From Takakia lepidozioides (Eukaryota > Plantae > Bryophyta): 64,000 bases of DNA. This document shows, piece after piece, positions 61,040 through 64,000 of this stretch. The notes beneath the pieces are model-generated. The model ran no database searches and was not told the DNA's origin. It saw only the letters and a program-made list of their open reading frames with translations. Numbering within the stretch: the first letter of the stretch is position 1; each line of letters begins with the position of its first letter. A program made the translations under genes and the position numbers. The DNA lies in contig CM060734.1 of NCBI GenBank assembly GCA_030704615.1, positions 63,240,001 through 63,304,000 of the forward strand, written 5' to 3'.

Positions 61040-63360
61040 TCATCCTTTAACAACTGAAGGGACGTAGTGTCTTTAAGAATTGATGGGTTCAACTTGAAGT
61101 AGCCACGGCCACGCGAGTGGGTGCCGGGGGGTTGCAGAGACATGGCTTATACAGAAGCATGATCAAAGTCGGGAAGAATAGGCCCCAGGGGTAGCAACTA
61201 GACCACGCCAGTGGAGGCTTTTAGCAGTAAATACGGTCTAGGCGGGCCATACTTAGGCAAGGGGGCTGACGCATGTTCAACCAGATCAGTGGCAGATTCG
61301 GAGTCCTCTAGCCGAACCGAGAAGCATAGCATATCCCATGCTCTAAGCAATTGAGAACCGAGCTCTGAGCGATCAGAATAGATGTCAACCATATTGAAGT
61401 CACCAGCTATGACCCAGTTTTGCACGAGAGGCAGCTCCAAAATTCTATCTCTAATGAGATCCCATAAGGTCGCACGCTCTGAGGACTGGTTAGGGGCATA
61501 TAAATTGATGAAGACCTCCTTGATAGAAGACGAGAGCGAGGGGGAAGCAAGGATTGCTGTGCCCCCACGGGAGTTTAAAATCGTTGGGTTCCACCACACC
61601 ACGTGAGTAGGCCAGAAGGTATACCCAATTGATCTAATCTTGTTGTCGTCAAGCTTAGTTTCTTGCAGGAAAATAAGGGAGTTCGTTGTCTGAAGAGATG
61701 AAGCCCAGAGCTTGACTCATCACCTCTTGGGCATGGAGGCATCGGAGCCTATGCCTCTGATGTTCCACGTGTGACGATCCCAACTCATGTACGCAGGAAG
61801 AGATAGCCCATGGGACAATTCCCATGATTTGATGGCCATGGTGAAGTTCAAGGGAGCTGCACTTCGTAAGGAAGAGAATCAAGACAGTCATCTGTCGTAA
61901 TGAGAGAAGTATGAGGAGCCGAGGCAAGCTGATGAGCCAAAAAGACAGTGTCTTGAGAGGGATGTGATGAAGAAGTAAGAAGCAGCTTCCGCACATAGGC
62001 CAAGAACCGGGGAGACTCGCATCCTCCATTAATTTCGGGCGTAAGAAACAGAGCCCTGAATTAGGCATCTATCCACACGGTGAGTTAGAGCCCAGCGAGA
62101 GCTGGGGAGATAGCATCAATCAAGGAGAGCAGCTGCATGCAATAAGGGAGAAGAAGCTCACCGGGGATGGGGAGGGAATGGCCAAATCCATTGAGGAGAA
62201 GATCTTGTGTCCGAAGGAGGCTCAGACTTAGATCGAGCGTTCCGTTGGGCATACTGAATCTCGTCCACAATCTTCAACCCTGCAGCATAAGTGGCAAAGA
62301 GATATCTCCTGTTCCCCTCTTCACCAAAGTCATCTGGGATCTGATTCCCTGCCAGCACGTTAGGAAAGAGAAACTAGCATCTTGAAGCATTAATTCGGAG
62401 ATCCTCATGGTAGGAAAAAGGTGAATAGAGTAGTTAACAGAGGTACATTGATGAAGGAATGCACCAAAGAAGATGGAGGTGCTTGAAGTAAGCATTAGAT
62501 GCGGGGAGAGCAGAGCGGAAGATATTTTGGATTTTGAGGAGAATGACATCCGTCTCTTTTCATTGGGACAGCGAGACCAAGTCTTCCGGGAAAAGATATG
62601 AGCTAATGAAGGTACCGTTCCCTGTGGCCAGAATAGCCGGGGCACCATCTGGAAACCTGAAGATAATGGGAATGATGTGGATGGCAACGGTGAGAGGCCC
62701 ATCAGGCAGAAATCATCAGGCAGCATAAGTCTGTTGAAGGACTTCAGAAGGCTCCGAAATTATCAGGAGCACCTTCTGCAATTTGAAAAAGTGCCGCTTC
62801 CGCACGACAGCTGGATATGAGGGGGATAGGAGAAGATAATACCTCATGGGCACTGAGGACGCGAGAAGAGGGTGGCATAGAAAGCACCCGGGGCCATTCG
62901 GAGGGAGGAAGATCCTGGGGAGATAAGTCATTGCGTGAGCGAGGTCGAGAAGAAAGTCCCCGGATCCTCATCGCGGAGCCTTCAGCATTTGCCTGGACAT
63001 CAGCCACAGAGGGAGAGAGAACGTTAGCAGTATTTGAAATCTTGTTATAAAGAGGGCAGTCCACTCCAACGAGCCCTTCCTTGTGGCAGAGATGACAAAT
63101 AATACTTAAACATTCCTCAATCACCACAACTGTGATAAAAGAGCTATCCAGAGTGGGCAATTTGAGAGAGGCTTCTGGCATCCAGACAACGATTTTAGGA
63201 ATTCCAGAGTCCCAGGAAGCGTTGAAGTGAGCATGCAAGTCAATACCATCCAGCAAGTAGAGGGGAGAGTGCAGAAGAAGGGAGGTAACGTTGCACGTGA
63301 GGTGGACTAGCAACACAGCTAAGTCCCAACACGCCTCACTGCAAAATGCGAAGCACACTC
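61040..63360 (-). mobile_element. Degenerate, truncated L1 LINE related to the 12.8-19.0 kb element
   Basis: DSGIPKIVVWMPE..LKLPTLDSSFI...CHLCHKEG...DCP matches ORF1 of the first LINE. ORF2 start MSWDRHTWNIRGIGSD at 61788, then WNPTI..RGGT, NLYAPN, AGDFN and RGRGYFKLNP. Confidence 0.85.
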
Positions 63361-63639
63361 ATAATATTCTCAAATGATAGAGGTTCTTCTTAACTCTTGT
63401 ACACCTCATTTGGGATCAACAGCTCAAATACTTATTCAGAACACTGGGAGTCGCACTAGCAATCAGCACCTGCTTCCATGCATAGTAGCAGTGACGCTGA
63501 TTGTGGCATGAAACTATGCACAGTTGTTTCATACCTACTCCCAAATTTGGTCTCGAACTATAGCAATTGTGTTCTCAAGTGGGTGGAGTAGGTGGACTTT
63601 GTCCCCCAACTTTGAACTACATGCACAAACTTGACGTTG

Positions 63640-64000
63640 TAGTGTGAGGGAGTCATGCCGCATCAATCAATAACAGAATACCCAAATACCATTACAATCA
63701 CTATGTGAACTTCCAAGCGCCGCCATGGGATTGAGTCATGGTGGTTTTAAGTCTAGCTTTTGACAACATCCATGCAAGTTAGTCAATGGCTCTATCTGAA
63801 GCAGCACCGCAAGAAACATGCAAACATGTCCAAATTTAAGATGCTGAACAAACTTGTACCGACGGCTGCCCCTCTAGTCAAGCTCATTACATATCGTATG
63901 CACGTATGCACCTCCATCTTCAAGCTCTGGAGAAGCTCCACCACCCACACCAGAATGGGGACAGCACTCTGATTTCCTTCTGCTATCACCAGAGTCAGTC
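63640..64000 (-). repeat. Inverted copy of the 3' flank of the PPR-DYW genes
   Basis: The reverse complement matches 36595-36870 (downstream of copy B) and 60850-60990 (downstream of copy D). Confidence 0.85.

Overview
Nuclear DNA of a land plant, probably a non-seed plant such as a bryophyte (inferred from GT-AG introns, many PLS-DYW PPR genes and a cyanobacterium-like plastid protein). Host genes: an intronless plastid-targeted protein of cyanobacterial type (425-1222), a 6-exon HARE-HTH + WRC protein (7196-11534) and a Tesmin/TSO1-like CXC gene (25833-31039, minus). Two systems stand out. (1) A cluster of PLS-class PPR-DYW editing-factor genes whose spliced 5' exons, invisible in the ORF track, encode a transit peptide and tandem OSB-type PDF (ssDNA-binding) motifs. 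One 7-exon copy is intact (56540-60605, about 914 aa). Two PDF-bearing copies are decayed, a fourth relic shows only PPR/DYW remnants, and a fifth copy probably lies just beyond the window. (2) A decayed but fairly recent Ty3/Gypsy LTR retrotransposon (38218-48829) with a complete C5-cytosine DNA methyltransferase domain in frame between protease and RT, a PHD finger after the integrase, and a circularly permuted terminal-repeat layout with a candidate 4-bp TSD. Also present: L1-like LINEs, a Gypsy pol fragment, stacked (TC)n-tailed LINE 3' ends and several tandem or palindromic repeats.
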